A stretch of 64,000 bases of DNA from an uncultured Clostridia bacterium (GCA_937900325.1 CALCEX010000118.1:15903-79902), one strand, 5' to 3'; shown: positions 1 through 9,444, counted from the first letter of the stretch. A program made the numbers and translations. The notes: a model not told the origin generated them from the sequence alone.

Positions 1-552
1 GCCGCCCTCGGCGACGCCGTGGAAAAAACCGCGGCGGAGATGGGGATAACCGGCGACAAAGCCGAAGCGCTGCGCAAAATGGCGGCATATCTTGAATACA
101 AGGCTCCGGACATGGCGGTAATGGCGATGATGTGCCTGGGCATGGGAGCGGGGCTTGCAAACACCGTGACGGCAAGGGCGCTTTGCCGGGCGAAGGGCGC
201 GGCGCTCAAGCCCATGGCGGGGTTCTGCCGGTGGCAGCTTTCCCGGGGCTTTACCCATGGCAGCATTGTGATGATAATAGGCGCGATAATAATATCGGCG
301 CTCAGGATAACAAATTCCTCCGCGATAGTTACGGCGGTGGAATGCGCGGTGGCGGGGCCGTATGCCCTTATGGGCGTATGCCTTATGGCGTTCATGGTGA
401 AGATGAAGCTCAGGGGCACGGCGTTCATGATAATATCGGCGGCGGCGCTGGTGCTGCTTTTCCCATACAGCGTTTACGGGCTTTGCATAATGGGCGCGGC
501 GGACAGGCTTTTCCGTATGCGCAGAGGCTACCTGGAGCGAATGCAAAAATAA
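1..552 (+). CDS. DUF2232/YybS-like polytopic membrane protein, 5' end cut by the window edge
   Basis: The frame is open from base 1 and the sequence is multi-TM and hydrophobic. It lies directly upstream of gdpP-rplI-dnaB, the conserved Firmicute yybS-yybT-rplI-dnaC order. Confidence 0.55.
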   Translation, partial: AALGDAVEKTAAEMGITGDKAEALRKMAAYLEYKAPDMAVMAMMCLGMGAGLANTVTARALCRAKGAALKPMAGFCRWQLSRGFTHGSIVMIIGAIIISALRITNSSAIVTAVECAVAGPYALMGVCLMAFMVKMKLRGTAFMIISAAALVLLFPYSVYGLCIMGAADRLFRMRRGYLERMQK

Positions 553-591
553 GCCGGGACAAGGCTCATTTCCTTGAGGGAGGAAGGTATT

Positions 592-2541
592 ATGGATAAA
601 AAACCGCAGCTTGCGTTCATACCTCTTTTCATAGCGGCGGCGGCGGCCTGCGGGCTGCTGACGGTATGCCTGGCCCAGAAGTGGGCGGCCCATGCGCTGT
701 TTGCGGTGTGCGTGGTCTCCTTTTGCGCAGGCATGATAGCGGTGGCCTCCTATAAGAAGGCGGTCAAATACGCCATGAACGACATATTCCGGGAAAACGA
801 CACCACGGCAGGCAACATCATAACCAACATAGCCATACCCTGCGTGCTGTTTGACGGCGACGGAAAGATAGTTTGGAGCAACAACGCCTTCTCGGAGCTG
901 TATCCCGGCGCAAACATACGAAAGCTGATACCCGATATGGATCCGCGCTTTCCGAACAAGGCCCAGTCCGTGGAGTACAACGGCAGCCAGTTCCAGCTCA
1001 TGAGCATGCCGGTGCAGCGCATACGCACGGAAACGCGGCTCACCTTCCAGTACTGGCTGGACAGGACAGAGGCGCTGCATTATTCCCGGCTTTATGAGGA
1101 GCAGATGCCCACGGTCGGGCTTATACAGGTGGATAATTACGACGACCTTATGACCGACAGGCAGTTCCACCGCAACAGCGTGCTCTCGGAGGTGGAACGC
1201 CGGGTGAGCGACTTTGTTACCGCCATGGAGGGCGTATACAGAAGATACGACAACAGCAAGTTCTTCTTCGTATTTGAGGCGAAGCGCATAACCGAGCTTG
1301 AGCAGCAGCGCTTTACCCTTCTCGATGAGGTGCGCGAGATAGATACCGGAACCGGCCAGCCGGTCACTCTTTCCATCTCCATAGGCGTGGCGGACAGGAT
1401 AGCCGCCTCCGACGAGTCGGCCAGAAACGGCATGCAGCTGGTGCTGGGCCGCGGCGGAGATCAGGCGGTGGTAAAGCGGGGCGCGAACTATGCCTTTTAC
1501 GGCGGCAAGCGGCAGGTGACCACAAAGAATTCAAGGGTAAAGGCGCGGCTCTTCGCGGAGGCGCTGCATCAGCTAATGAGCACGGCGGACGCGGTATTCA
1601 TAATGGGGCACAGGCTGCCGGATATGGACTGCGTCGGCGCGGGACTGGGCATAATGCGCTGCGCAAAGAGCATAAGCTGCCCCGCGTACTTCGTGCTGGA
1701 TGAATCCAACGCCAGCATAGACGGGGCGATAGAGGCGATGAAGGAAAACAAGGCGTACAGGGACACCATAAGGACGCCGGAGCAGGCCGCCCAGATGATG
1801 CGCTCCTCCTCGCTGCTGATAATAGTCGATACCCAGCGCAAAAGCTCTGTGCTCAGCGCGGAGCTGCTCGCAAGGGCTTCAAAGACGGTAGTGATAGACC
1901 ACCACAGGCGGGCGGTGGATTCCATACAGAACCCCACCCTCAACTACCTTGAGGCGGGCTCCTCCTCCGCCTGCGAGATGGTGACGGAGGTGATACAGTA
2001 TTTTGACGACGGCCTCAAGCCCACCACCTTCGAGTGCGGGGCGCTGCTTGCGGGCATAACCATGGATACCAAGCATTTCTGCTTCAACACCGGAGCGCGC
2101 ACCTTTGAGGCGGCGAGCTATTTAAGGCGCAACGGCGCGGACAACACCACCGTAAAGATGATGTTCCAGGACGATATGCAGACCTACCGCAACAGGGCGA
2201 AGGTAGTGGAAAACGCCATAATAATGGAGCAGGGGATAGCCATATCCGTATGCCCCGCGGGCATGGAGTCCACCAACCTGATAGCCGCCCAGGCGGCGGA
2301 CGAGCTGGTGAACATAAAGGGCATTCAGGCCTCCTTCGTGCTTGCGGAGCGGGGCCAGGTGATATACATAAGCGGCAGGAGCCTCGGGGATATAAGCGTA
2401 CAGCTTATACTCGAAAAGCTGGGGGGCGGCGGGCATCAGTCCATTGCCGGCGCGCAGCTTAAGGACGTTACCATGGACGAGGCCATAAGCAGGCTTACGG
2501 AAAGTATAAACAGCTATTTAAAGGAGGCACATGAGAAATGA
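592..2541 (+). CDS. gdpP: GdpP-type c-di-AMP phosphodiesterase (membrane-anchored DHH/DHHA1)
   Basis: Two N-terminal TM helices, a DHH region (IMGHRLPDMDCVGA, VVIDHHRR) and a DHHA1 GGGGH motif. ATG 592 follows GGGAGGAAGG; the track start at 574 is an upstream TTG. Confidence 0.9.
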   Translation: MDKKPQLAFIPLFIAAAAACGLLTVCLAQKWAAHALFAVCVVSFCAGMIAVASYKKAVKYAMNDIFRENDTTAGNIITNIAIPCVLFDGDGKIVWSNNAFSELYPGANIRKLIPDMDPRFPNKAQSVEYNGSQFQLMSMPVQRIRTETRLTFQYWLDRTEALHYSRLYEEQMPTVGLIQVDNYDDLMTDRQFHRNSVLSEVERRVSDFVTAMEGVYRRYDNSKFFFVFEAKRITELEQQRFTLLDEVREIDTGTGQPVTLSISIGVADRIAASDESARNGMQLVLGRGGDQAVVKRGANYAFYGGKRQVTTKNSRVKARLFAEALHQLMSTADAVFIMGHRLPDMDCVGAGLGIMRCAKSISCPAYFVLDESNASIDGAIEAMKENKAYRDTIRTPEQAAQMMRSSSLLIIVDTQRKSSVLSAELLARASKTVVIDHHRRAVDSIQNPTLNYLEAGSSSACEMVTEVIQYFDDGLKPTTFECGALLAGITMDTKHFCFNTGARTFEAASYLRRNGADNTTVKMMFQDDMQTYRNRAKVVENAIIMEQGIAISVCPAGMESTNLIAAQAADELVNIKGIQASFVLAERGQVIYISGRSLGDISVQLILEKLGGGGHQSIAGAQLKDVTMDEAISRLTESINSYLKEAHEK

Positions 2542-2996
2542 AGGTTTTACTGACACAGGACGTTAAGGGCAAGGGCAAGGCCGGCGACATCATCAACGCG
2601 AACGACGGCTACGCAAGGAACTTCCTCATCCCCAGGGGACTGGCGGTCGCGGCGGACGCAAACAATATGCACGCCGCGAGCATTAAAAAGCAGGCAGACG
2701 AGCACCGCAGGGAGGTTGCGAGGCAGAACGCAAGGGCCCTTGCGGACGAGATGAAGGGACTCACCGTAAAGGTCTACGCCAAGGCGGGAAGCGGAAAGCT
2801 GTTCGGCTCGATAGGCGCGGCCGAGATAGCCGAGGCGCTAAGGGAGCAATACGGGATCGAAGTGGATAAAAAGCGCATAAAGCTGGAGGAGCCCATAAAG
2901 TCTCTGGGCATAACCGACATAACCGCCCACCTTTACGAGCAGACCGACACCAAATTCAAGGTAGAGGTGCTGCCCCTGGAGACGGGCAAGAATTAA
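2538..2996 (+). CDS. rplI: 50S ribosomal protein L9
   Basis: N-terminus MKVLLTQDVKGKGKAGDIINANDGYARNFLIPRGLA is the canonical L9 signature. It overlaps the gdpP stop (ATGA). Confidence 0.95.
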   Translation: MKVLLTQDVKGKGKAGDIINANDGYARNFLIPRGLAVAADANNMHAASIKKQADEHRREVARQNARALADEMKGLTVKVYAKAGSGKLFGSIGAAEIAEALREQYGIEVDKKRIKLEEPIKSLGITDITAHLYEQTDTKFKVEVLPLETGKN

Positions 2997-3023
2997 AGAC
3001 CCATAAGAGCGAGAGGACAGGAT

Positions 3024-4367
3024 ATGGAAGAACCCCGCGTACCCAACACGCCGCCCCACAGCCTTGAGGCGGAAAAATCCATACTGGGCAGTATGCTGCT
3101 GTCCCATACAGCCGTTGAGCAGGCCATGGAGACGCTTGACGCTTCCGATTTTTACCTTGCGCGGCATCAGGATATATTTCAGGCGGCAAAGGGCTTATAC
3201 GACAGGGGCGAGGCCATAGACAGCGTGACCGTCATAGACGCGCTGGACCGCATGGGCAAGCTTGCCGCCGTGGGCGGGGTGATGTACATCACCGAGCTTT
3301 CGCTGTATGTGCCGAGCGCGGCAAACGCAGCCCACTATATAAAAATAGTTGAGGAGCGCAGCGTGATGCGGCAGCTCATAGAGGCCAGCACAGCCATAGC
3401 CTCGGACGCCTTTTCGGGGGAAAAGAGCCTTGAGCAGATGCTGGACGACGCGGAGCGGGCCATATTCAACATATCCATGAAAAAGACCTCGGACACGCTG
3501 GTGCATATCAGCGAGACGGTGCTGACCTGCTATAACCGGGTGGGAGAGCTTATGAAGCTCAACGGCGCCCTCACCGGGGTCACAACGGGCTTTGCCGATC
3601 TCGACAGGCTGACATCGGGTATGCAGCCGAGCGACCTTGTGATAATCGCCGGCCGCCCCTCCATGGGCAAGACCGCCTTCGCGCTCAACCTCGCCCAGAA
3701 CGCGGCCATAAAGGGAAAGAAAACCGTCTGCATATTCAGCCTCGAGATGAGCCGGGAGCAGCTTGTTCAGCGTATGCTCTGCTCCGATTCCGGCGTAAAT
3801 ATGCAGTCCGTCCGCACCGGCGCCATAACCGATGCGGAGCTGATACGCATAGCGTCCTCCCTTGATCCCCTCTCCAGGGCGAACATATACATAGACGATT
3901 CCGCCGGGTGCAGCGTGGCCGAGATACGCAGCAAGTGCCGCAGGCTGCAATCCCGCGTAGGGCTGGATATGGTGGTCATAGACTATCTGCAGCTCATGCA
4001 GACCTCCGGCAGGTACGATAACCGCGTATTGGAAATATCCGAAACCACGCGCAAGCTGAAGATACTCGCCCGGGAGCTGAACGTCCCCATTCTGCTGCTG
4101 AGCCAGCTTTCCCGAGGCCCGGAGCAGCGCACGGATCACCGGCCCATAATGGCGGATCTTCGCGAATCCGGCGCTATCGAGCAGGATGCGGACGTGATAA
4201 TGCTGCTGTACCGCCCCGCCGTTTACGACGCGGAGGCGGACAACACCACCGAGGTGATAGTCGCAAAGCACCGCAACGGGCCTACCGCTACGGTAAAGCT
4301 GGCCTGGATAGACAGCAGCGCCAAATTCGCGGATCTCGATACCACGGGCCGGGACGAGGGTTTTTAA
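3024..4367 (+). CDS. dnaB: replicative DNA helicase DnaB
   Basis: N-terminal PPHSLEAEKSILGSML, Walker A GRPSMGKTAF, a RecA-like C-terminal domain, and the position after rplI. Confidence 0.95.
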   Translation: MEEPRVPNTPPHSLEAEKSILGSMLLSHTAVEQAMETLDASDFYLARHQDIFQAAKGLYDRGEAIDSVTVIDALDRMGKLAAVGGVMYITELSLYVPSAANAAHYIKIVEERSVMRQLIEASTAIASDAFSGEKSLEQMLDDAERAIFNISMKKTSDTLVHISETVLTCYNRVGELMKLNGALTGVTTGFADLDRLTSGMQPSDLVIIAGRPSMGKTAFALNLAQNAAIKGKKTVCIFSLEMSREQLVQRMLCSDSGVNMQSVRTGAITDAELIRIASSLDPLSRANIYIDDSAGCSVAEIRSKCRRLQSRVGLDMVVIDYLQLMQTSGRYDNRVLEISETTRKLKILARELNVPILLLSQLSRGPEQRTDHRPIMADLRESGAIEQDADVIMLLYRPAVYDAEADNTTEVIVAKHRNGPTATVKLAWIDSSAKFADLDTTGRDEGF

Positions 4368-4372
4368 AAGAT

Positions 4373-4580
4373 ATGAGCCTTCTTCTTTTCTCTTTCTTTT
4401 CGGGAAAAGAAAGAAGAAAAGAAGCAAAAGAGAAAGAAAAGCCGACAGGAAAATATAAAAAGGAACGGAGGGAACCGTTCCTTTATTGTTTTGATTTTTG
4501 TAAGCTTTTCTCTTTCTTTTTGCTGCTTTTTCTGTTCTCCTTTCTCGAAAAGAGAAAGAAAAAGCAGAGGCAGAAGCAAA
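4373..4580. repeat. polypurine/polypyrimidine (GAAA/CTTT-rich) inverted-repeat cluster
   Basis: Three imperfect hairpins: 4379-4424 (about a 20-bp stem), 4424-4443 with 4502-4523, and 4521-4567. They surround the terminator hairpin. The KEKE-type ORFs here are low-complexity artefacts. Confidence 0.8.
4457..4499. terminator. bidirectional intrinsic terminator (dnaB / yhaM)
   Basis: AGGAACGG-agggaa-CCGTTCCT stem (4461-4482), with an A-run upstream and a T-rich run downstream. It lies between convergent genes. Confidence 0.8.
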
Positions 4581-4583
4581 GCC

Positions 4584-5558
4584 TTATTTATGCCCGTGCT
4601 TGTATAGCTGCCGGTTGTCCAGCGCCCACTGGCGCTCGGTGAATTCGCCGTCGCCTACGGCGGCGAGGGCGTCGAACATCTCGAACATACGGGAATCCAG
4701 CACGTCCATCTGGCTGACTATCTCGGCCTCCGGGAACATGGGCGGCTTTGGGCTGCCGTATTCCGGCACGCTGTGGTGGGAGAGGAGTATATGCTGCACC
4801 AGCTCCTTGGTGGAGGGGTCTATCATAAGCTCCGCCGCCGCCCGCTCAACTATCGCCACGCCCATGCTTATATGGCCGAGGAGCTGGCCGGGGGTGCTGT
4901 AACCCGTCGCCAGGCCGAGCCCGCCTACCGTCAGCTCCGGCACCTTGGCTACGTCATGGAGTATTATGCCGGCATAGACCAGCTCGCAGCTAAGCGTTGG
5001 ATAAAGCTTTTTGTATATGCCGCAGACGGCCTCCGCCGCCTTGAGCATGGTATGGGTATGGTAGAGCAGGCCGCCCCGCATGGCGTGATGCAGCTTGAGC
5101 GCCGCGGGATAGCGCAGCAGCTCATCGCGGTTTTCCTTTAGTATGTACTGGGTGAGCATACGCAGATCGTTATCCGTAAAGCTCTCCGTGACCTTTATTA
5201 TCGCATCGTACATTTCCTGAGGGGGAAGCGGCGCGCAGGGCACAAGGCTTGCCATATCCACATCGTCGGAATCCCTCGCGGCGCGTATGCGGTCTATTTT
5301 AAGCTGCTCCGAGTCCTTCCATATGTTTACCGTAGCCCGGATTTTGACTATGCTGTCCGGCTCGTATACGCCGTGCTGCTCTATGCTGTAATCCCAGAGC
5401 TTGGCGGATATTTCGCCGCCGGCATCGGCAAGCACCATATCCAGATAGTCGCTGCCCTTTACGTTGCTCTTTATTGCCACGGATTTGACCACGCAAAAGC
5501 CCTCCACCTGGTTCCCGGCGGGGTTTACTATGTTGTTGAGCAGGTTCATGCGGCCCAT
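4584..5558 (-). CDS. yhaM: 3'-5' exoribonuclease YhaM (OB-fold plus HD domain)
   Basis: N-terminal OB-fold region (FCVVKSVAIKSNVKGSDYLDMVLAD), an HD motif (IILHDVAK, LSHH), and about 320 aa, as for B. subtilis YhaM. Confidence 0.8.
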   Translation of the reverse strand: MGRMNLLNNIVNPAGNQVEGFCVVKSVAIKSNVKGSDYLDMVLADAGGEISAKLWDYSIEQHGVYEPDSIVKIRATVNIWKDSEQLKIDRIRAARDSDDVDMASLVPCAPLPPQEMYDAIIKVTESFTDNDLRMLTQYILKENRDELLRYPAALKLHHAMRGGLLYHTHTMLKAAEAVCGIYKKLYPTLSCELVYAGIILHDVAKVPELTVGGLGLATGYSTPGQLLGHISMGVAIVERAAAELMIDPSTKELVQHILLSHHSVPEYGSPKPPMFPEAEIVSQMDVLDSRMFEMFDALAAVGDGEFTERQWALDNRQLYKHGHK

Positions 5559-5723
5559 GACGCTATCCTCCTTATGTTTATAGGGCTATTATATCATAAT
5601 ACGCGCCCCGCCGGAAATAAAATGCTTTTATGTAGTCTGAAACGCCTTATTCTGATATAATGTACGCAACCTTTTATGATGCCAGAACGTTTAAAATACA
5701 GATGAAGGGCAGGTAAGCGTACA

Positions 5724-6242
5724 TTGACCCCCAAGAGCATTGAAGCCATATACAGGGAAAACTGTAAAATGGTTTACTGGGCGGCGTATTCCGTGCTGAA
5801 GCGGGAAAGCGACGCCATGGATATCGCTCAGAGCGTATTCCTACGGGCGATAAAAAACGCGGATAAGCTGAATAAAATGGAGGACGGGCAGATAAAGGCG
5901 TGGCTGTACCGCGTGGCCGTAAACCTTTGCTATGACGCGGGCCGCAGGCTGAAGCGGGAGATACCCGCCGAGGAGCTGCCCGAGCCGCAAACCGACAGGG
6001 AATACGAGCTGCCCGAGGCCGCCGCCATATCCGGCGAGCAGCGGGAGCGGGTAAGGCGGGCCATCGACGCGCTGCCGGATATATACCGGGAAACGGTGCT
6101 GCTGCATTATTATTCGGGCTTGGACTACAAGACCATAGCGGCAATGCAGGGCAGCGCCGAGGGAACGGTGAAATCCCGGATATTCCGGGCAAAGGAAAGG
6201 CTCTATGAGCTGCTGAAGGAAGAAGGTGAGAAGAATGACTGA
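5724..6242 (+). CDS. ECF-type (sigma-70 family) RNA polymerase sigma factor
   Basis: Region 2 (DAMDIAQSVFLRAI, WLYRVAVNLCYD) and region 4 (LPDIYRETVLLHYYSGLDYKTIA...GTVKSRIFRAKERL). The start is a TTG and is uncertain. Confidence 0.85.
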   Translation: MTPKSIEAIYRENCKMVYWAAYSVLKRESDAMDIAQSVFLRAIKNADKLNKMEDGQIKAWLYRVAVNLCYDAGRRLKREIPAEELPEPQTDREYELPEAAAISGEQRERVRRAIDALPDIYRETVLLHYYSGLDYKTIAAMQGSAEGTVKSRIFRAKERLYELLKEEGEKND

Positions 6243-6903
6243 CAGGCTGGATGAGCTGCTGTTCTCAATAGGCGAGGAAGAAAACGGCAGGGTGGATTTT
6301 GACCAGATGTACGCAGAACTTCTCAAAAAGCAGAGCGAGGAGGAAGCAAAGCGCAGCAAAAGGCGGGCGCGCTTCGTGCGCTATGGCGCTATGGCGGCCT
6401 GCGCGGTGGCGCTCATAGGCATAGGCGCGGCGGCGATAAGTGATAGCATGAAAAAGCCCGAGACGCTTATGATGTCCGCCATGGAAGAGGAAGCCGCGGA
6501 GGAAGCGCCGCAGTCTGTTGAAGCCGCTCCGGCGGATGAAGCCCCTATGGAGGAGGCGGGAACGGCAGCGGAAGGGCCGATGGTGGCAGCGGCGGCCCCC
6601 GATACCGAAGCGGCCGAAGCGCCGAAAGCTGTCCCGGAGGAAAGAACGGCGGATAACGCAAAAAGCCAGGCCACGGCGGCTGCCGCGCAGGAGACCGCAG
6701 AGATAGGCACCTGCGCAGACGCTAAGAGCAGGCTCAAGGCGGCGGGCATAGAGGCGGAGCCCTATGAGGGCGATGACGCGCCGCAGGAAGGCTATGCGCT
6801 GATGATGGGCGGGGGCGAGGCGATATGGAACGCCGGAAGCGGGGTATATAAGGTAACGCTGAATGGCGACATCGCGGCGCGGCTTAAGAAGCTTTGCGAA
6901 TAA
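6235..6903 (+). CDS. putative single-pass anti-sigma factor (Ala/Glu-rich ectodomain)
   Basis: It overlaps the sigma gene stop by 8 nt, with GAAGGTGAG upstream of ATG 6235. A short cytoplasmic N-terminus is followed by one TM helix (YGAMAACAVALIGIGAAAI). The function is inferred from position only. Confidence 0.55.
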   Translation: MTDRLDELLFSIGEEENGRVDFDQMYAELLKKQSEEEAKRSKRRARFVRYGAMAACAVALIGIGAAAISDSMKKPETLMMSAMEEEAAEEAPQSVEAAPADEAPMEEAGTAAEGPMVAAAAPDTEAAEAPKAVPEERTADNAKSQATAAAAQETAEIGTCADAKSRLKAAGIEAEPYEGDDAPQEGYALMMGGGEAIWNAGSGVYKVTLNGDIAARLKKLCE

Positions 6904-6913
6904 AAAACATAAT

Positions 6914-6944
6914 AAAAAAGGGGCGGCGCGCCGCCCCTTTTTTT
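6914..6944. terminator. bidirectional intrinsic terminator
   Basis: Perfect palindrome GGGGCGGCG/CGCCGCCCC flanked by A6 and T7, between convergent genes. Confidence 0.9.
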
Positions 6945-6956
6945 GCTTAGGCCCTG

Positions 6957-7880
6957 TTACAGTATATCTTCCTTCACGCTTTCCGGCGGCGTATCCAGCT
7001 GCCAGGGATCCCTGAGATACCCGCGCAGCAGCTTGAAGGCGGAGGCGTAGTAAAAGCCGTCGCATATGCGCTCGTCGGTGGTGAAGGTATAGGGTATGTA
7101 GTGTACCTCGGCTACCGTGCCGTCCCGCTGCACCTCAAGGCGCTTTTCCTTTGCGCCGAAGCTGCAGAATACCGGCACGTTGCCGAAATCGTAAAGGTGA
7201 TGGAATACCGGAGGTATGCCAAGGCTTCCCATGCTGGTTATGAAAAGGCTGCCGTGGAAGGGGCTGACCTTTATCAGGGAAGCGGGTATCAGCCCGAAGT
7301 AATCCATGAATTTGAGCATGCCCATGACGAGCTTCAGCACGAGCCCGGGTATGTAGTTAAGGACCTTGGCGGTGTCGTCAAAGGAGGAGGTCTCCTCCTT
7401 GGCTGCCTTTATGGTGGAATTGAGCACCTCATATACCTGCGCGGCGGTGGCGTCCTTCGGGAATACCGCCTTTATGACGGTATCCGGGGAGTCGGTGCGC
7501 ATTTCCTTTTTAACGTCCATATTGACCCATATCTCGTTGCGGGCATAGAGCTTCTGGCCGGAAAGGAAGCGGTTGAGCGCGGGGCGCTGCGATACCGTGC
7601 GCACATAGGCCGCAAGCAGAACATGGGTTATGCCGAAGCTGTCCAGCCCCTCAGATCGCTTCTGGCGGATATAGTCCTCCATCGCGGCTACGTCCACGCT
7701 GTAAGCGAGCAGGTTGGACGCGCCGTTCCTTCGGGGCATTATGTGCCACGCCACGCGGTCCATGGGGTTGAAGCCGCGTATCCTTCGGCCCTCGTAGCGG
7801 TCGCCAAAGCGGCGCTTTATGTTGTTCCCACTCAAAAAATATTTACCCCCTGCTGAAGAAGTATAGTGAAGTCCATACAT
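6957..7880 (-). CDS. stand-alone 2-oxoacid dehydrogenase E2-type acyltransferase catalytic-domain protein
   Basis: The C-terminal YTFTTDERICDGFYYASAF aligns with the E2 motif SxxxDHRxxDG, and there is an SMGSLG segment. No lipoyl or subunit-binding domain is present. The start is uncertain; TTG at 7835 has a GGGGG Shine-Dalgarno. Confidence 0.5.
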   Translation of the reverse strand: MYGLHYTSSAGGKYFLSGNNIKRRFGDRYEGRRIRGFNPMDRVAWHIMPRRNGASNLLAYSVDVAAMEDYIRQKRSEGLDSFGITHVLLAAYVRTVSQRPALNRFLSGQKLYARNEIWVNMDVKKEMRTDSPDTVIKAVFPKDATAAQVYEVLNSTIKAAKEETSSFDDTAKVLNYIPGLVLKLVMGMLKFMDYFGLIPASLIKVSPFHGSLFITSMGSLGIPPVFHHLYDFGNVPVFCSFGAKEKRLEVQRDGTVAEVHYIPYTFTTDERICDGFYYASAFKLLRGYLRDPWQLDTPPESVKEDIL

Positions 7881-7980
7881 TATTTATGATAATATTTTAT
7901 TCCCGCAGGGCTGATGTGTCAATGGCGGTGAAGGAATGGATAAATAAATTAAGAAACGCTCAAAAAAAGCAGAATAGTGG

Positions 7981-8010
7981 TTGCAAGCGTGAGCGGCCCG
8001 GGGTTATTAT
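7981..8010 (+). promoter_or_regulatory. putative sigma-A promoter of mgtE
   Basis: TTGCAA (7981-7986), an 18-nt spacer and TATTAT (8005-8010), about 33 nt upstream of the ATG. Confidence 0.4.
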
Positions 8011-8042
8011 TTAATAGTACCCCATAAGGAGCTGAACAACAC

Positions 8043-9395
8043 ATGATGACAGAAGAAGCACAGGCTGTTCTCCGGGATCTTGACGACCATAAATTCGCTA
8101 AGGTAAAGGAAGCTGTCCGCGATATGCATTACGCAGACGTCGCGGAGCTTTTTGAGTCCATAGAGGATCAGGAAACAGCCGTGCTGCTGTTTCGGCTGCT
8201 GCCCAAGGACACCGCGGCAGAGGTGTTCTCATATATGGAGAGCGAGAACCAGGAGCAGCTTTTGACGGTACTTACGGATAAGGAGCTCAGGCACATACTG
8301 GATGAGCTGTATCTGGACGACTATGTGGACCTCATCGAGGAGATGCCCGCCAACGTGGTAAAGAGGGTATTAAAGAACTCCTCGCCGGAGAACCGCAAGC
8401 TCATAAACCAGTATCTGCAATACCCGGAGGATTCCGCCGGAAGCCTGATGACCAACGAGTACGTCTACCTGAAGCAGACGCTTACCGTGAATCAGGCGCT
8501 GGCTGTGATAAGGGCCAACGGCGTAGATAAGGAAACCATAAACAAATGCTACGTGCTGGACGACCAGCACCACCTTGACGGCGTAGTGAGCCTCAGGGAT
8601 CTGATACTTGCGGATCCCCACGCCAGGGTCGGGGACATAATGCGCACCAACGTGATAAGCGTGAACACCAACGACGACCAGGAGGAGGTCGCCAAGATGT
8701 TCTCCAAGTACGATATGCTCTCCATGCCCGTTGTGGACAGGGAAAACAGGCTGGTGGGCATAATCACCATAGACGACGTGGTGGACGTGGTTCAGGACGA
8801 GGCTACCGAGGACTTTGAGAAGATGGCAGGTATAGTGCCGAGCGAGGACACATACCTCAAGACCCCGGTTTTCACCATATTCAAAAGCCGCATAATGTGG
8901 CTGATGGTGCTGATGGTCTCCGCAATGGTATCCGGCGCGCTGATAACCCACTTTGAGGGGGCCATATCCGCGCTGCCGATACTTGTTTCCTTTATCCCGA
9001 TGCTCATGGGCACCGGCGGAAACAGCGGCAGCCAGACCTCTACTACCGTAATACGAAGCATGGCGCTGGATGAGATAGAGCTTTCCGACTTCTTCCGCGT
9101 ATGGTGGAAGGAGGTGCGGGTAGCGCTCCTTTGCGGCTTTGCCCTTGCGGTGGTGAATTATATAAGAATAGTATTGCAGTATCACGACTGCGCGGTGGCG
9201 CTTACCGTAAGCCTGACGCTTATAGTGACTGTGCTGGTGGCGAAATCGCTGGGCTGCATACTGCCTATGCTTGCAAAAAAGCTTAAGCTGGACCCTGCCC
9301 TCATGGCTTCGCCCATGCTTACCACCATAACCGACGCCTGCTCAATACTCGTGTTCTTCATATTCGTAATGGCGATACTGGGCGGAAGGCTGTAA
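8043..9395 (+). CDS. mgtE: magnesium transporter MgtE
   Basis: MgtE N-domain, tandem CBS region, and a C-terminal 5-TM domain with PMLMGTGGNSGSQ. Confidence 0.92.
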   Translation: MMTEEAQAVLRDLDDHKFAKVKEAVRDMHYADVAELFESIEDQETAVLLFRLLPKDTAAEVFSYMESENQEQLLTVLTDKELRHILDELYLDDYVDLIEEMPANVVKRVLKNSSPENRKLINQYLQYPEDSAGSLMTNEYVYLKQTLTVNQALAVIRANGVDKETINKCYVLDDQHHLDGVVSLRDLILADPHARVGDIMRTNVISVNTNDDQEEVAKMFSKYDMLSMPVVDRENRLVGIITIDDVVDVVQDEATEDFEKMAGIVPSEDTYLKTPVFTIFKSRIMWLMVLMVSAMVSGALITHFEGAISALPILVSFIPMLMGTGGNSGSQTSTTVIRSMALDEIELSDFFRVWWKEVRVALLCGFALAVVNYIRIVLQYHDCAVALTVSLTLIVTVLVAKSLGCILPMLAKKLKLDPALMASPMLTTITDACSILVFFIFVMAILGGRL

Positions 9396-9403
9396 AAATA
9401 TCC

Positions 9404-9430
9404 AAAGGAGCGGCTTTTGGCCGCTCCTTT
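9404..9430. terminator. hairpin terminator between the convergent mgtE and regulator genes
   Basis: AAAGGAGCGG-N7-CCGCTCCTTT, a 10-bp stem. The T/A tracts are weak. Confidence 0.6.
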
Positions 9431-9444
9431 GAAAAAGCACCCTT

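Noticed and set aside
3195-4427. Long antisense or alternative-frame ORFs opposite or overlapping real genes. Examples: 3195-4427, 10098-11480, 15077-16015, 16980-18917, 21757-23013, 24271-25839, 25604-26752, 28704-29951, 45733-47079, 54824-56053, 56378-57520, 60012-60836.
   Set aside because: Each lies opposite or overlapping a gene with clear family motifs. Their products are Gly/Arg/His/Tyr/Val-rich with no motifs. This is typical of stop-codon-poor alternative frames in GC-rich DNA.
4364-4642. ORFs 4364-4579 (minus) and 4373-4642 (plus) encoding KEKE / FLLF low-complexity peptides
   Set aside because: They are translations of the polypurine/polypyrimidine inverted repeats in a convergent intergenic region. 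They have no RBS and overlap the terminator.
5636-5665. ECF-type autoregulated promoter (TGAAAC ... CGTx) upstream of the ECF sigma gene
   Set aside because: TGAAAC is present, but no CGT-type -10 lies at the required 16-17 nt spacing. Only a TATAAT with a poor -35 is seen, so no promoter call was made.
7881-8042. Possible M-box (Mg2+) riboswitch upstream of mgtE
   Set aside because: The putative promoter leaves a leader of only about 30 nt, and none of the conserved M-box segments is recognisable.
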